Source of the DNA: Trichoplax sp. H2 | Taxonomy: Eukaryota | Direction: 5' to 3' | DNA: 64,000 bases | Assembly: GCA_003344405.1 (NCBI GenBank) | Contig: NOWV01000026.1 | Span: 496,001 to 560,000 of the forward strand | In this document: positions 31,001 through 44,417 of the stretch, in pieces | Numbering within the stretch: position 1 is the stretch's first letter | How the letters are laid out: each line of letters begins with the position of its first letter | The notes under the pieces: generated by a model | Told to the model about the DNA's origin: nothing | Seen by the model: only the letters and a program-made list of their open reading frames with translations | Databases searched by the model: none | Translations under genes and position numbers: made by a program

Positions 31001-31505
31001 TACTTTATTTTAAATTTTCTAATATAAAAATAAAAGCTTTGATTCCTGGTAAATACGTATTTTTGTTCGACTCAGAAACATGGTATGGAACGGTTCTTCA
31101 TGATCGAGTAAAATGATAATTTTTAGTACTATGAAGGTATATGATATCATGAAAGCTGATTACAAAGGTAAGTGTAAGAATCGAATACTAATTATTTCTG
31201 AAGATCCATTGCAGAAATTGATAAATTTTGTAATTAGTTATCAAATCTGACCTAATTAGTGAGATCACTAATGTACTCGTGAGTCATTTAACTGGTAGTA
31301 GCGTTGCACATTTACTTGAATACTGTACAAAGAATTGTTAATCAATGATGTTTCCGCGTTAATACATTAAGACTTCTATTAAGATAAAAGTTTTATTTTC
31401 TACTGTTACTAGAAACACTGATTGCAATTATTCAGAATTTTTTTTGCTTACGGTCAAAATTATATCAGACGGCTCTTGTTGAATAGTGTCGTAATCGTAG
31501 TCCAT
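28058..31505 (-). CDS. PH + IRS-type PTB domain docking protein (DOK/IRS/FRS2-like) with Tyr-rich tail
   Basis: Exons 31452-31505 (MDYDYDTIQQEPSDIILT), about 29895-30282 (GYLLK...KWRRRFVILR...WIQKI, PH domain) and about 28058-29670 (WSYRCIRSF...FTFESGRRSLLGQGEYHF, IRS-PTB). The tail has many Tyr motifs. Confidence 0.85.
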
Positions 31506-31990
31506 ATTCGTTTAAATTTTGATGATTCACGATAATAACTTAATTCTTTCACCAAAATGTTCACTGCTGGTAGACAAAGCTTATAAGATATTTTCAGTAT
31601 AATTTACCATTAAGTATAGTAAATACAACGAATCAGCATGAAAATGACGTGACTCCGCATTTAATTGATAAACAAAATATAAATTGTATGTCGTCTGCGT
31701 CAAATATCACAACCAGAATTTACAATAAAGTTCTACTATATGGTTTGCCACAAAGCGTATGTAAATCAGTTTCTACCACATAGACCTAAGCCAGGTAGTT
31801 ATTATGGCTTATTACGGATACTTTAGCTCTTATGTACCGTTTTTACACACTATCATTAAAGGTATTGCGCTTTTACTGTATTACTGGTCAGAGACCTTAT
31901 TAGATAGTTTAAAAATAAAAATGACAGTAATAATTCCCCTTTTTCTAAGGTATCTCAGGCTCAACATAAAATCAAGGAAAAAAAGTCGAT

Positions 31991-32025
<35 letters not shown>

Positions 32026-32030
32026 AATAA
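31991..32030. repeat. (AAT)n/(AAAT)n microsatellite
   Basis: ataataataataataataataataataaataaataaataa. Confidence 0.95.
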
Positions 32031-33018
32031 TGTAACATAAATAATGCTAATTAATTGACGGATGCTTTGCGTTGCTCATACATTTAGGAATCACACATTT
32101 GAACATTATCGAAGTGCTAGGTGATTTATGATGACTACACTATGTCACTCAGACTTGAAATAGAAGAGTTCAAATATTCAAGGCCAGTTTTAATAGCTAA
32201 TAAGCATAGTAACAATGATACGCACTCGTATTAAGGCAGTTATAAAATGGACTTTCATAATGAATTAAATCCTCTATTAATTCCTTATGGTGAAAATCAA
32301 GGACTGCTAAAAATATGATGCTTTTCTGTAATCGCTTCTGAAAAGTATGGATATACATAACTGTAGATTATTAATTGAGTTTTGATAAGTTACAATAGCT
32401 TACTACTAAAGGAGTAATGATATTCATATACCGTAGTACAATACCATTTGATCATCGTGAACTTCGAATGATGTTGTCGATACATTTATGACATACATTA
32501 ACCTTTATTAAAACAGATCAGTCAATAGAATTTATATGATTGAGGTAAAATCTATGGAAAAAGTGTGAAAAATATAGATACTTGTATTTTGGTTGATTAA
32601 AACATGTTCCTTTATGTCAGTTGATTCAAGATTCATATTTCGAACTGTTATACTCACTAAAGAATACGGAATAATAAGTAATTTCTACTATAAAGAATTC
32701 AGCTATCTCCTTTGTCCTGCGAAAAAACTGATTATTTATGATATAAAATATAAATTTTAGTATTGTGTGATGTTTAATCACACCATAGTCAGAAGATAAA
32801 TAATGTTTCTTTGTGACTTTAACATAGAATAATTGGTAGTACTTACAATCTGTATAGTGTTTGTTTACAAACTAATACACTACACATTAGTCTCTTAAAA
32901 TTAAAAAAGAATGCTAATAACCGTTCACCTAGAGATCGGTCACCTTAAAAGCAGCATAACCTTACTTTGATATTGTGCTATCTATTACAAATATAAGAAT
33001 AAAACTGTATCATCTAGC

Positions 33019-36000
33019 TTAGGCTAAAGTTTTCAAGAATTCTACGGCGGCTGAGAATTGCATCCAGCAATATTGCTCTTCGCCACTAATACGATTTTTA
33101 TAAAATCCATTTATATACTCGATAGTAGATAATAGGCTGGGTGGATTGGCCTTTATCATGACAAAAACAAGAACCGGCACTAAATCATCCGCTCCGGGAA
33201 CTGATGCTTCATTAGCGATCTTGAGCAGGTCCATAATATTTGAACAACAACGTTGAATACATCGCAATTTATCTTGAGGTGCCTAAATTTTATTTGTTGA
33301 AACAAGGATAACAAAAGAAAGCCTTGAAATTCTTACAACGTTTCTCCATAAATATAAGTTGTAGAATTAATGCAAGCACTTAACTATTACTTATGCCACT
33401 AATATACTAATGATACCTTATATGCATTTATTGATGCTAGCTCTTCTTGTGCAGCAGGCCATGGGGCTAGGGATCTGTATATCTATTACAATATTTAGGA
33501 GATTATAACCTTTAGTCCATAGACGTCATTACGGATACGTAACGTTGACTTTCAATAAGCTACACATTCAATTCCTTTTAAATTTTAGATAACAAATATT
33601 ACCTTGGGTATTTGTAGAGCTTCATGGTCTTCTGTGATAAACTCCAGTAACCTTTCAATGTGTTGATGAAATACCCTACAAAGCGTATAGAACCGATCAT
33701 TAAAACTTCTTCTAATATACCTGACCTAAAGTCACAGGCTGAATTAGTACGAATTCAAATCAGAATTGCACTAAAAAATAGTTTTTCCAGCTTCCTAAAG
33801 GGTTTTATTCTACTTACAAATCACGATGTAAATCTGCATCTCTGTGAGGATAAAATGCGTAAATGTATATCTCACTCATTATACTACGCTCTGCAGCATT
33901 ATAGGCATCTTCAAGTTGTTCATCGTTAGCGGCTGCAAGAATACAAAATGAGTTAACAGAGGGAGGGTTTAATAGCGCATACAATGTTAGGTCAGTTTAC
34001 GTCTACGTTACATGCTTACTCTGCCATATTGGGTGTTGGCTAATTCTCTCGTAAAGCTGATCTAAGAAATGTTCTAGTAATTCATTCTGAAATTCAAGGT
34101 AACGGTGGTGTTAGTATTACTATGACTGAGTCTAATAAAAGACCTGCAAAATACTAACTTAGTACTAGCTAACCTTTTCATCGGTTAAAGAAGTGTTTTG
34201 AAAATTGTTGACAAATTCTCTAACGTCATCTTGATACTGCTCTAAGAATAGCTTTACACATAAGGAAGTGAAGTAATACTTACAGTTACCTTTAAAGCTG
34301 AAAAAAATTGATGCCATCAACAACTTATTATATATAGTTATCATTGGATAATTAATAGACAGCTAATAGTAATTACCTATCGATTCTTTGTATTTGCTTG
34401 TCGAGAAATGACAGGGTAGCCAAAAGCGACTGACGGCATCTAACCAAGTATGTGATATATGGTTCGCGACGATTGTAATCTGTTTCCAGAGCGGTAAACA
34501 GTACAAGGCGACTGAAAAATTACAATTATATACTTTGAGATATTACAAACAGAACATGAACAATCGTCGTTCGCAAATCCATAATTGATAGTAATCGAGA
34601 TACCTATCCGCTTTTAATTTTTTCATGCATCTCAAAGTCTCATGGAGCTGAGATACTACCATTTGATCATGAAGGTTAATTGCTTCAAAAAGTTGAACCT
34701 GCAGGAAATTTATTAGGAGTTCACTGAGAGATGCACTTTCGTTCATTTCGAAAGGTAAATCCACACTGTGAATTGAACACAGTGCAAAGCGCATCTTACG
34801 CTTTGCGTCGTTAAACATTGATGAATTTTCATCAAAAGTACCGTCAACAGAATTAGGCTTGCCATTTCGCTGCCAGTATGATGATATCGGTTTATCAATA
34901 GGTTGTACTGTTGTCGAGAAAGACGCAGAATGCTGTCTGTAAGTTGGTGGAGCTGACAATGACTCTTTTGGTTCTACGTTTTTCTGATACTTGCTGAGAA
35001 TATCATCGGCAGTCAATTGTTGAGTAACTAGCCCTTCGTCAAGGGAAGGTAAAGTAGTAGCAGTACCAGGATTTTTGCTGGCATAAACATCATACGATTG
35101 GGATTTATGAAAACCCATAAACCTTCCCAAGTTTTCACTTCTTACTTGAACGCGCTTAAACCAACTACGTTTCTTTTTCTCCGAATTAGGTATTGATGAA
35201 CCACTATTGCGTAAATTATCATTCTCGCTACTACCACTACTAGCAATACTTCCATCACGACTACGATTTTCTGAGGTTAATCCTTGTATTAAAATATTTC
35301 TGGAATCCTGTTCTGGTGGTAAATCAGTGCCTAAAGTCCGGTATCCTTCTACAGTAGCCGAATCTTTAGCGTTTGATTTTATACCAGTGTTGTCAATGCT
35401 ATTGTACTGCAATTTCTTCCATTCAGTCTGATTAGTTAACTGAACAACTTGATTAAGCGCAGCTTGATTTGCACTATTTGAAAATAGTAGTTCTGAGAAC
35501 TGATCATTGGGTACAGGCTTAACATCAGTTAAGTTTAAGTTCTCGGTGGTACTAGCAATTGAAGGAGCTAGAATTGTTTCGGTATCACGATGCTTGGCAT
35601 GAGGATCATTACTGCCATCAGTGATACTAGTAGTGACAGAAAAAGACTTATCAGCTGTCGTGCTTGGATCCAATTTGTGATCTTTCTCATCGTTAATAAG
35701 ACAATTACTGTTAATATCGAATTCGGTTGGTACTGTATTTAATGAATGCTCGTTGCTTATCTTAAGTAAATCTGCCATAATGTCATTGGGTATGGTTTCC
35801 TCTTCCGTTTTTAGGGAAGTAAGAAGGTCCACTGATGCGTTTGTTTCCGGTAAAGGTAGTTGTTCGTTGCTCTTTATTTCATGTACAAGAGCACCGTTTT
35901 GAGTTGGTACCGTATCTGAAGAAGGTTTAATTGATTCTATCGCCATAGAATTAACAGTATTTTGATAGCTTAATAAGGGAGCTTGCTGAGGGGGTACCGA

Positions 36001-39000
36001 CGTTGATAAAAAATCAAGCAAGTTGGGAGCTTGCTGAGGGGGTGCCGACGTTGATAAAAAATCAAGTAAGTTTACATTATTTTCATTTTTAGTGCTGCCA
36101 GAAACGGAAGTAGTGTCGTTAACGGTTACATTTTTATCACCAGTAGCTGAGAAAATATCACTTAATAAATCGCTACCACTATCAACAGGAGTTGATTTAG
36201 TGCTGTTATGAGGATTTGAGAAGTTGGTAACCGATACTGAAATATCTTGAGAACCATCGAGTACTCGAGTCGAGCCAGTATTAATGTCTTTATGTGCAAT
36301 AATGGGAGTGACAACATCTGCCGACTTAATAGAAGGTGATGATACCTCCGATACGGCATTGTTATTAGAAGTAATCTCCATCGATGCAGTCTTTCCAGCA
36401 TTTCCTGCAGTTTGAAGAAGTATTGAACGACCCGGTGTTTGGTTAGTATTTTCCAGACACAACGCACTTAAAGCACCGATTTCATCCATTATTTGCTGGC
36501 TTGAGCCAATGTCACCAATCATGGAATTATTCTTTTGGTCAAGTGATTTTTCGATCATATTGTTTTCTTTATCATTATGATTAGCATGTTTTTTTGCAGG
36601 ACCAGAAGTACCAACATTATCATTGCTAGAATTTTCTGTATAACTTTCTTCCGATTGGGTTATTACCTGAATAAATAGATTAATGCAATATTACAGCATC
36701 TAAATTATCCATTGAAGATACCATCAAAAAACCTGTAATCTATCTAGTACCTGACTCTCAGGGAGAGTGCCAGGCTCGCGTTCGGATGACAAAGAAAAAG
36801 AAATAATTAAAACCTTTACAGCCTCGGGTCTCATGATTTTTAATTCTTGCAATTGTTTCATCAAGCTAGCTACAGTCTATGATAGACCAAGAAGGACAAT
36901 TTTAAAGTGATATCTTGTATTATCTTAGAAACGCAAATTCTTTACAAATAGGTATCTATAGGTTTCTTACTTGCTGACCGTAGCCACTAGAATCCTGCAA
37001 TTTTAGCGATGGCATAGAGCCTAGTAAAAAGCCATACTGAGGGTTATATGTATCGGTTGGTGTCCCCGAATTACTGTTATCGTTAGGCAATTTAGATAGT
37101 AGAATCTCTAAAGTGGAACTTTCCCGAATACCATTGTCCATAATAGCGATAATTCTTAGAAACGTTATCTATTTGGGTAAGGATATACAGTACAAGATCA
37201 GATCACGAAACATGATTGTTCTAATATCAAATTTTATACGTTTTTTATTGATACAATATGACGAGATATACCACACTAACAAAATATCACTTTAGCACTT
37301 TTTAAAAGAATGTAATTGTAGTCATATATCGTAGGATGTAGCTCCTTCATCTAGCAGCGTATTGCAAATTTAGAATTGACTCAACAATACAACTTACCTT
37401 CTCTCAAATTAATAAAATCACGAGTAAAAAATCACTACTTACAATATCAATCCAGTTTATAGAAGCTGTATAGATTTAAACTTCCAAAATCACAATTTCT
37501 AAAGGTGTATGTCTAAGTTTAGTATATGGTAACTACTTATTAACTAACCAAAGCATTTAGCTGACTTTCGGTTGATAGTAAAGCTGAGCGACGCAAGCCA
37601 TATAAATTCAGTTGACCTGGTGGATCTAAGCTTACATTTGTATCGTCAATGATATCGTCTAGTAAGCTACTTACACAACCCTAACGCAAGACATAGAATA
37701 ATCAATCAATCATGTCATTGAATTTTCACTACTATTATAGCTCTGTGCTAGCTACAATAACTAATTTTGAAAGTTTTTCCTTCCTACTGTATATTAATTA
37801 AATATACGCGTATGTATTTCTATCATGAAGGTAATTAATACTGCATAGTTGAGTTTCGAATACCATATTCTGATAGACATTTTTAAGCATAAACTATGAA
37901 TGTCAATTGATCAATACTAAATGGAAATAGACGCGTATAGGCAAAAATAGACATGGCTTCAAATGTAGCCTTGAGATGCTATCAATTTATCAACGCTGAA
38001 CGTTATGTTTCCATTGTCGTACATACCAGTTCGAAGTAGTTATAAATGTTATCGTGTAAAGGAGGTTTCTTACCACAATCAGCAAAGGATAAAAAGCGCA
38101 TAACTTTAGCTACTTGTGACATGTTAAAGCGTGCTATATCACTTATACTTGCATCGCCTACTATTCCGTAGCGTTCAGGGTTGACAATAGCAGGGCAAAC
38201 GTAGAAGTTTAGTAAAAAGTCAATTAGCATCGACTTGATCTGATTTGGTTCCAAGCAGCGGAGGGATTTGAGAGAATTATATAAATGAGACATTAACCAT
38301 TTAATATTACCAGGAAAGCAGTACATTCTTTGCTTTAAGTTGTGTAGGAATGTTTTACAGATAAGGACTAATCGTTTGCGGCAATTATCCAAATAATTAC
38401 TCATTGATGTTTCAGCTTTAGGAGTACCAGGTTCACCGAATAATTTTAATTTCTCTTGCTCACTCATACGATATAGTACTTTGTCAGGCTCATATTCGAT
38501 GTAAGTATCATCTTCGATTAACAATTGTCTGGTCGATTCTTGTAATGCGGCTTTAAGATAGATCTTGGAAGCATTTACACCAGCAACAAATTGCTTAAAT
38601 AAAATGGTAAATGCGTAATCACCACCTTGAAAGTAGACTTCTAAATGATCATTCGGGAGAATTTGGTAGTCAATTAAGAATTTTAATGTTTGTAAAGCAA
38701 TTTTTTCGTCTTCGAAGTAGACACAATCAGCGAAAACAACGTGGAAAAGTAACGTCGCTAAGTGCAATGTGTCATAGCCTAAGCGATCACAACCGGCCAA
38801 AATACGAGCACATAACCGAGGATTCTGGCGCAACTGATACAGAAATTCACTGTATTTAGTCTCGTTAACGCCTAAACTTTTATACCCATCAATAAATTGT
38901 GAAGCATCAAGTAGATTAGCTAAATGATAACATTGCGATGGTGTTAATTCACTGCCAACGGATAAGATACGTTCAATATTGAGCCAATGTTCCTTAGTGA

Positions 39001-39139
39001 TCCATGATTGTTGGCATAATTGATCTGCTTTTTGCCTTATAAGTTGATTCAGTTGATGAATATTGTCTTTTTCACTAGTAATAAAAGAGTGTTCTGATTT
39101 TAACTTTTCTTGAAGTTTTTGTAACCGAATCGCCGCCAT
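33019..39139 (-). CDS. GAPVD1: GTPase-activating protein and VPS9 domain-containing protein 1 (GAPex-5/RME-6)
   Basis: Large first exon encodes a RasGAP-like domain (YVCPAIVNPERYGI, IARFNMSQVA). A long low-complexity linker follows, then AKRKMRFALC, PWPAAQEEL and VPS9 motif GADDLVPVLVFVMIKANPPSLLST. First in-frame ATG at 39139. Confidence 0.95.
35977..36072 (-). repeat. In-frame 48-bp tandem duplication within GAPVD1
   Basis: Two 48-nt copies differing at 2 positions, each encoding NLLDFLSTS(A/V)PPQQAP. Confidence 0.95.
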
Positions 39140-39239
39140 CGTAGCCACAATGCCGCTGGCCTTTCCATACAATCGAGGAGTTCTTGTTATCGAGAACGCA
39201 AGAGCTCCCAATGCCCAATTAGCCCGTTAATAACACAAT

Positions 39240-40490
39240 ACTACAGTGCGTAGAGTACAGTACAAGAGACTGACATTCACATTTTCCAGTACTGTACACT
39301 GTACAGTACAGTACAATACTGTAGTCCCAACCCGATTATGGCCAGTATACTGTACACTGTACACTGTACACAATACTCGCGGCCTTCGCCTTCAACGTAA
39401 TCCAGTTGTTGTGTACTGGAGTCAGGTCTAACTGGAGGTATCGTTTACCTCTATGAACTACTGTGCAAATTTGTCAAATGTACATCCACACTCATCGACT
39501 ACTCCAAAATAAGGCCTTATTTAAGGAATCCACGACGTACACTGTACTGTATTTTAGAGTGAAGAGAAATCCTGATATCATCCTCAACTTAAAAAGGGAT
39601 ATTTGGCTCAGTACACTATAGACCTGTATCTGTTTTAATGCAATTAAGCACTGTATCAGGACTTCTCGTAACGCTGCGCTGTGCTGAAAAACATCCAACA
39701 GCAACTGTACTACTCTACGTACAGACTAATTTAATCACTGTTTTGCAGTCGAACAAATAATTCTAAATATACGTTGTGGTCAGCGTAATAATAAAAGCCG
39801 TCGTTTTTTTCACAATCAATAAAGAGAGTACAGTAGAAAGGATTGAGTAGCTAGTTTACTCTTACATCCACTTGGACTACTGTATATTTATTGAGTGTAC
39901 TGTACAATTGTACATTGTACATGTGCAAATTTACTGTCTCATTTGGCTAAAGTCAAGAAAATGAGCACATTTTCAATCACGTCATACCATACAGTCTTAG
40001 CATCTACACTGTCTATGCAAGAATTATGAAGGCACATAGCAATAATTTCTATCAACTTTGCCATCTAAAAATCGAAAAGAATTAAGCCTCACTAGGAATT
40101 TATGGTCATTAATCAGGGACTCCACAATAGGATTGATTGTATGGAGCACTGTAATACAGTACCGACTGTACCGTACATTGACTGTACTGTACGCTATGAT
40201 ATTCAGCTTTATATTTGTATAATTTTTATATTACATTTTGATTCACTCTCGTGATTTTAGGGCACCTTAATAAAAATAGTACTCTGATTCGAACTGGTTC
40301 ACACTGTACTGTACTGTACATCCAAATGAGCTGGCGATTTAGTTTCCTCCAACGGAGTACAGTATACAGTACAATTTCAGTGGTGGCGTATAGTAGAATG
40401 ACCAGAAAAATGATAAGCCCTCATTTTGCACTCAACAGTTCTCGTCCTCTCTTACTACTGTAGTGTGTACACTGTACAGTGTACAGTAGG
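39240..40490. repeat. TACAG/CTGTA clusters in the GAPVD1/GLMP divergent intergenic region
   Basis: Clusters at about 39240-39375, 39895-39925 and 40150-40490. Confidence 0.8.
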
Positions 40491-40717
40491 TCGATTTTGA
40501 TCATCACATCGCGTCTATCATGTGACCCATAAGGACGAAGAAAGATACTGAGGTTGAGTGATTCACTGTAATGGAACTGATGTCAGTGTAAAGCAATAAC
40601 TTTACAGTATCAGTTTGTCGTTTCCAATCGCTGTTAATTTCATTTACTCCAATCCCAAAACTACTTGCAACTCAGGTCTACAGTACTTGCAAGTACGGTA
40701 GCTGTCCCCATGATCCG

Positions 40718-40763
40718 GTCCAGTTCAGTCCAGTTCAGTCCAGTTCAGTCCAGTTCAGTCCAG
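40718..40763. repeat. 10-bp tandem repeat (GTCCAGTTCA), about 4.5 copies, upstream of GLMP
   Basis: gtccagttca gtccagttca gtccagttca gtccagttca gtccag. Confidence 0.95.
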
Positions 40764-40875
40764 AGTCTTGCAAGTACAGCACTGTAGCTAGTAGTAGCAG
40801 GTAGCAAGGTAGGCAAGGTTGGCAAAGCTACGGAAGCCTGTAAATAATTCTCCAAGTTGAAGAAAATTCATCAAA

Positions 40876-43781
40876 ATGGAAAACCGAACAAACTCAGCAC
40901 AATGGATCATCCCATTTCTCTTCTTGGCTTGTTCGATTCAATTCGTATGCGGAAAACAATTCACAAGACAAGTGAGTCAATACCACAAATAACCTGATAG
41001 ACGAATACACTTAATTAATTAAACTGTATGCACACTGTACAGTACTGTATATTATACCAGTACAAACGTTGAATTACTCATACTTACTAGACGCGTATTT
41101 TGATATTGTCTTATTCAGCATAGTAGTGAACGTTGGCTAACCTTGAAATTAAAATATTTCAATTATTGGCCAGTTAATTCATCCTCGTTTCTCCTAGGAT
41201 AAAATAAACAGATATGGTAGAGAAGGATAATGTACAATTGGTTTGTTACTTCTCACCTTTGACAACTCATCATTCATACTGTACAGTAGACTGAGCAGTG
41301 ACAACCGATCTTTTGACCAATTTACTACTGTATTTGTTGATGTGCTGACTAGCTTACTTTTAAGCTAATAATCTCCTTTTGGGGCAGTTTTCATCATAGA
41401 CCATAAAAATATTGAACGTTTATGCTCGCCTATTCTGCATTTCAGTCTCATGCTCGACTAGACTCCGTTAACGTTAAGAAGAGAATCTTATACCATGCCA
41501 GTGCTACTTACAGTACAGCGCCTCACATTCGTATATGTTACAGTCTCTATATGATTTGAGTGTATAATATATATTTTTCGACAACGGACTTATTTTGTGT
41601 CCAATGTTAACTGTAGTAATGAAATTTGCTGAAAGTTGCACTCCTTATAAGACTGTTGTAATTCTATGATGCTGTGTAAAATACTCCTGTCAAATGCAGA
41701 TACTCCTATTGTGTAACTTACTCATATAAATAAATTCACACTGTAGATTAGCATGGAATACAATCCAGGTTGCCCTAAAGAAATTTGCTCAACATCGACT
41801 GGAAATACATCAATTAATTTGATACATGTCATGGCTAAAAATCCATATAATAATGGTCACGATATCCACTACGTATGGAGTACTATTGGTTCGCCTGCAG
41901 TATTAATCGCTTATACAGTCAAGTCGACTGAAATAAAAATTGATTGGGCCAAGTTCATTTCCGGTAAAGGTGTAAAGTAATACTTTGACATCGCAATTTC
42001 TATCATTGAGCATTTTGATTCATTATATATTTGTATTACGAAATAGTCTTCCTAAGCGAATTGCTCTACTTAAATGCTAAACTTTAGTTGAGCGTTTACT
42101 TTTAAGTTTTACATATTCAACTCTTTCCGTAGCGCAAACGCATGATCTCAACGTATCAGCAGCATAATTACTCCAATCGTAGACTGGGGCTTTGTAATCT
42201 TCTGTTCTACACATATTTTTAGATGTTTCATTCCTCTGCGATTTAAAATAACTGCAAAGTCTATGATATGGAATCTGTAATCTTGAATCACAATCTTATA
42301 CATTCTATCATTCTGCTATGATGCATGTTGCTATATCTTTCATTTTGGTAGATGGCACGCTTTTGAAAGATAGCGTTCACTTGCAAAGTGATAGTACAGC
42401 TAAATTAATGTCACTTAATATTCCTTATTGCAGACAATCCTGCGAACTCTATTACATTTGATCCGGAACCTTTCTACACTTCTGGCATGCAACTAACGCA
42501 CTTAATAGAATTTGTTGATGTTAATGATACAGCAAGATTGAATAGTAGTGCTGAGATACACATGTATCCATTTCATGATATGCTATGGGATAGTACATCT
42601 TGGGTTAATAGCGAAAAATCTGATGGAAGAGTAAATTTCACAACTGAATACGGAACAAACACAAATGGTAGCATTCTGCTCTCGGTGTGTGTAACTTTAT
42701 TAAATGTCTCATGAATTTGATGTAATGCAAGTACTATATATGAATCTATTATTTAAACGTGATAATTATTACTTAACATTTTTCTTTAACCGTAAGTATC
42801 CATTTTAGTTCTTCTTATTATAAAGGCTAATAATTTGTTTAAATGTTATAGTTTGACGCAGGGAAATCGAAAGAAAGAATCAGTCGCTTACCTTTTCTAA
42901 TGATCACCTCTAATTCATCAGCAGTTGATTTAGCTCTTCATAACCTGTCGACTATCAGCAATCATTCTCGTTTCGGGCTTGAAATGATGTTTGTTAATAG
43001 TTATACTCAGAAACCTAGTAAATTTAAAAGCTATCGTTCTATTGATGACGAATACTGCCCTGCTGTTTTTACAATGATTGATGTTAATTTATATGGAGAA
43101 GGTATTGGTTTTGAAGTTTAACATTGTTCTATAGTTCTTACAATTAAACTCCAATAAAGATGTTACTAGAATCAATTTCTTAAATATTTCTTCTAACAAT
43201 ATAGATGCTTCGAACGGTAGTTATTGCCAGTTCAGACCTGTCTGTTACGTCAATCCGCATCGGGCATTGAGTGGACAGAAAGAAGTACAGTATTACGAAT
43301 TCGTACAAGCATCGATCCTGCCGCATGGCATTTTAACCGCATTTTACGGAGAACAAGATATTAATATATACGGCATGAATATAACATTTGGTCAGAAGAA
43401 AGATGGATTTTACGTTGCTACCCAATTCACATCATGGTATTTTGCCATTGTACTCGATCTCATACGTATATTTTATGTAGTCAAGCTAGAGAATAGTTCA
43501 TTGTAACTTACGTGTAGATCTCTGTCGGACATAGAATATTAGGCAAAAATCGGGTATTGCTAATTATTAATGACAAGTATTTTTCGATTTACAGGACGAG
43601 TACGTTTGGTTTTGGAATACCGCCGGTTGAAAAATTATCACTAGCAATTATCATGATAATAAGTGTTGGCTTGGGAGCACCCGTAGTTCTACTAATCTTT
43701 GGTGGAATCGGAGTCTTTATAAAAGCTCGAAGGAAGCAGTATAGTCGTTTAGAAAGTGTAAAACAAGACATCATAACGTAA
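40876..43781 (+). CDS. GLMP: Glycosylated lysosomal membrane protein (NCU-G1)
   Basis: Signal-peptide exon 40876-40971. Motifs: YNPGC, DIHYVWSTIGSPAVL, SRFGLE, RSIDDEYCPAVF, NITFGQKKDGFY. Many N-x-S/T sites, TM helix IIMIISVGLGAPVVLLIFGG and a YxxL tail (YSRL). Confidence 0.9.
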
Positions 43782-44417
43782 TGTTGGCAAGGCTTGGACA
43801 CAATTGTAGTAAGATTAACGATTGTAACTCTTGTGGATTTTTAAGTAGAGTAGCTTAATTATATATCAAAATTATATCAAGGCCAGGGCCGTCAAATAGC
43901 CAAATTATTTTCAATGTGTACTGAAAATTGTGATTGCATTATAAATTTTTGCAACTATGAAATTATTAAATAATGTTTTATTCAAATTTACTTAAATAGT
44001 CAAAGAAATTTATAGAAATTTCAGCTTTAGCTATAGGCAATCTTTATGATATATGTACATATTTATAGACTTGTCGAATAAGAAATCATAGCGAATTGCC
44101 ATATAAAACCGCTAATCGTGATTCTATATTTACAGTATTGCACGCAGGTTTAGAGGTATCTTAGGTTAATTACGTATACTTTTTGTAGCCTGTTATCATT
44201 TTTATCTTTACGATACTAATCTCAAAAATGTAATATCTCTGCGTAAAATGTAGTACTGAAAGGATCAATACGGTATCGCCGATGAAATATTGATTTTACG
44301 GGCAGTAAATTAGCTACCATCACTTCCGTTGATTGTACAGAAGCGAACCGTAAAAATAAAATAAAGGATTCGAGGCTAAACAGTCCAGACATTGTATAAG
44401 AACCAAGCTTCAAGTGT

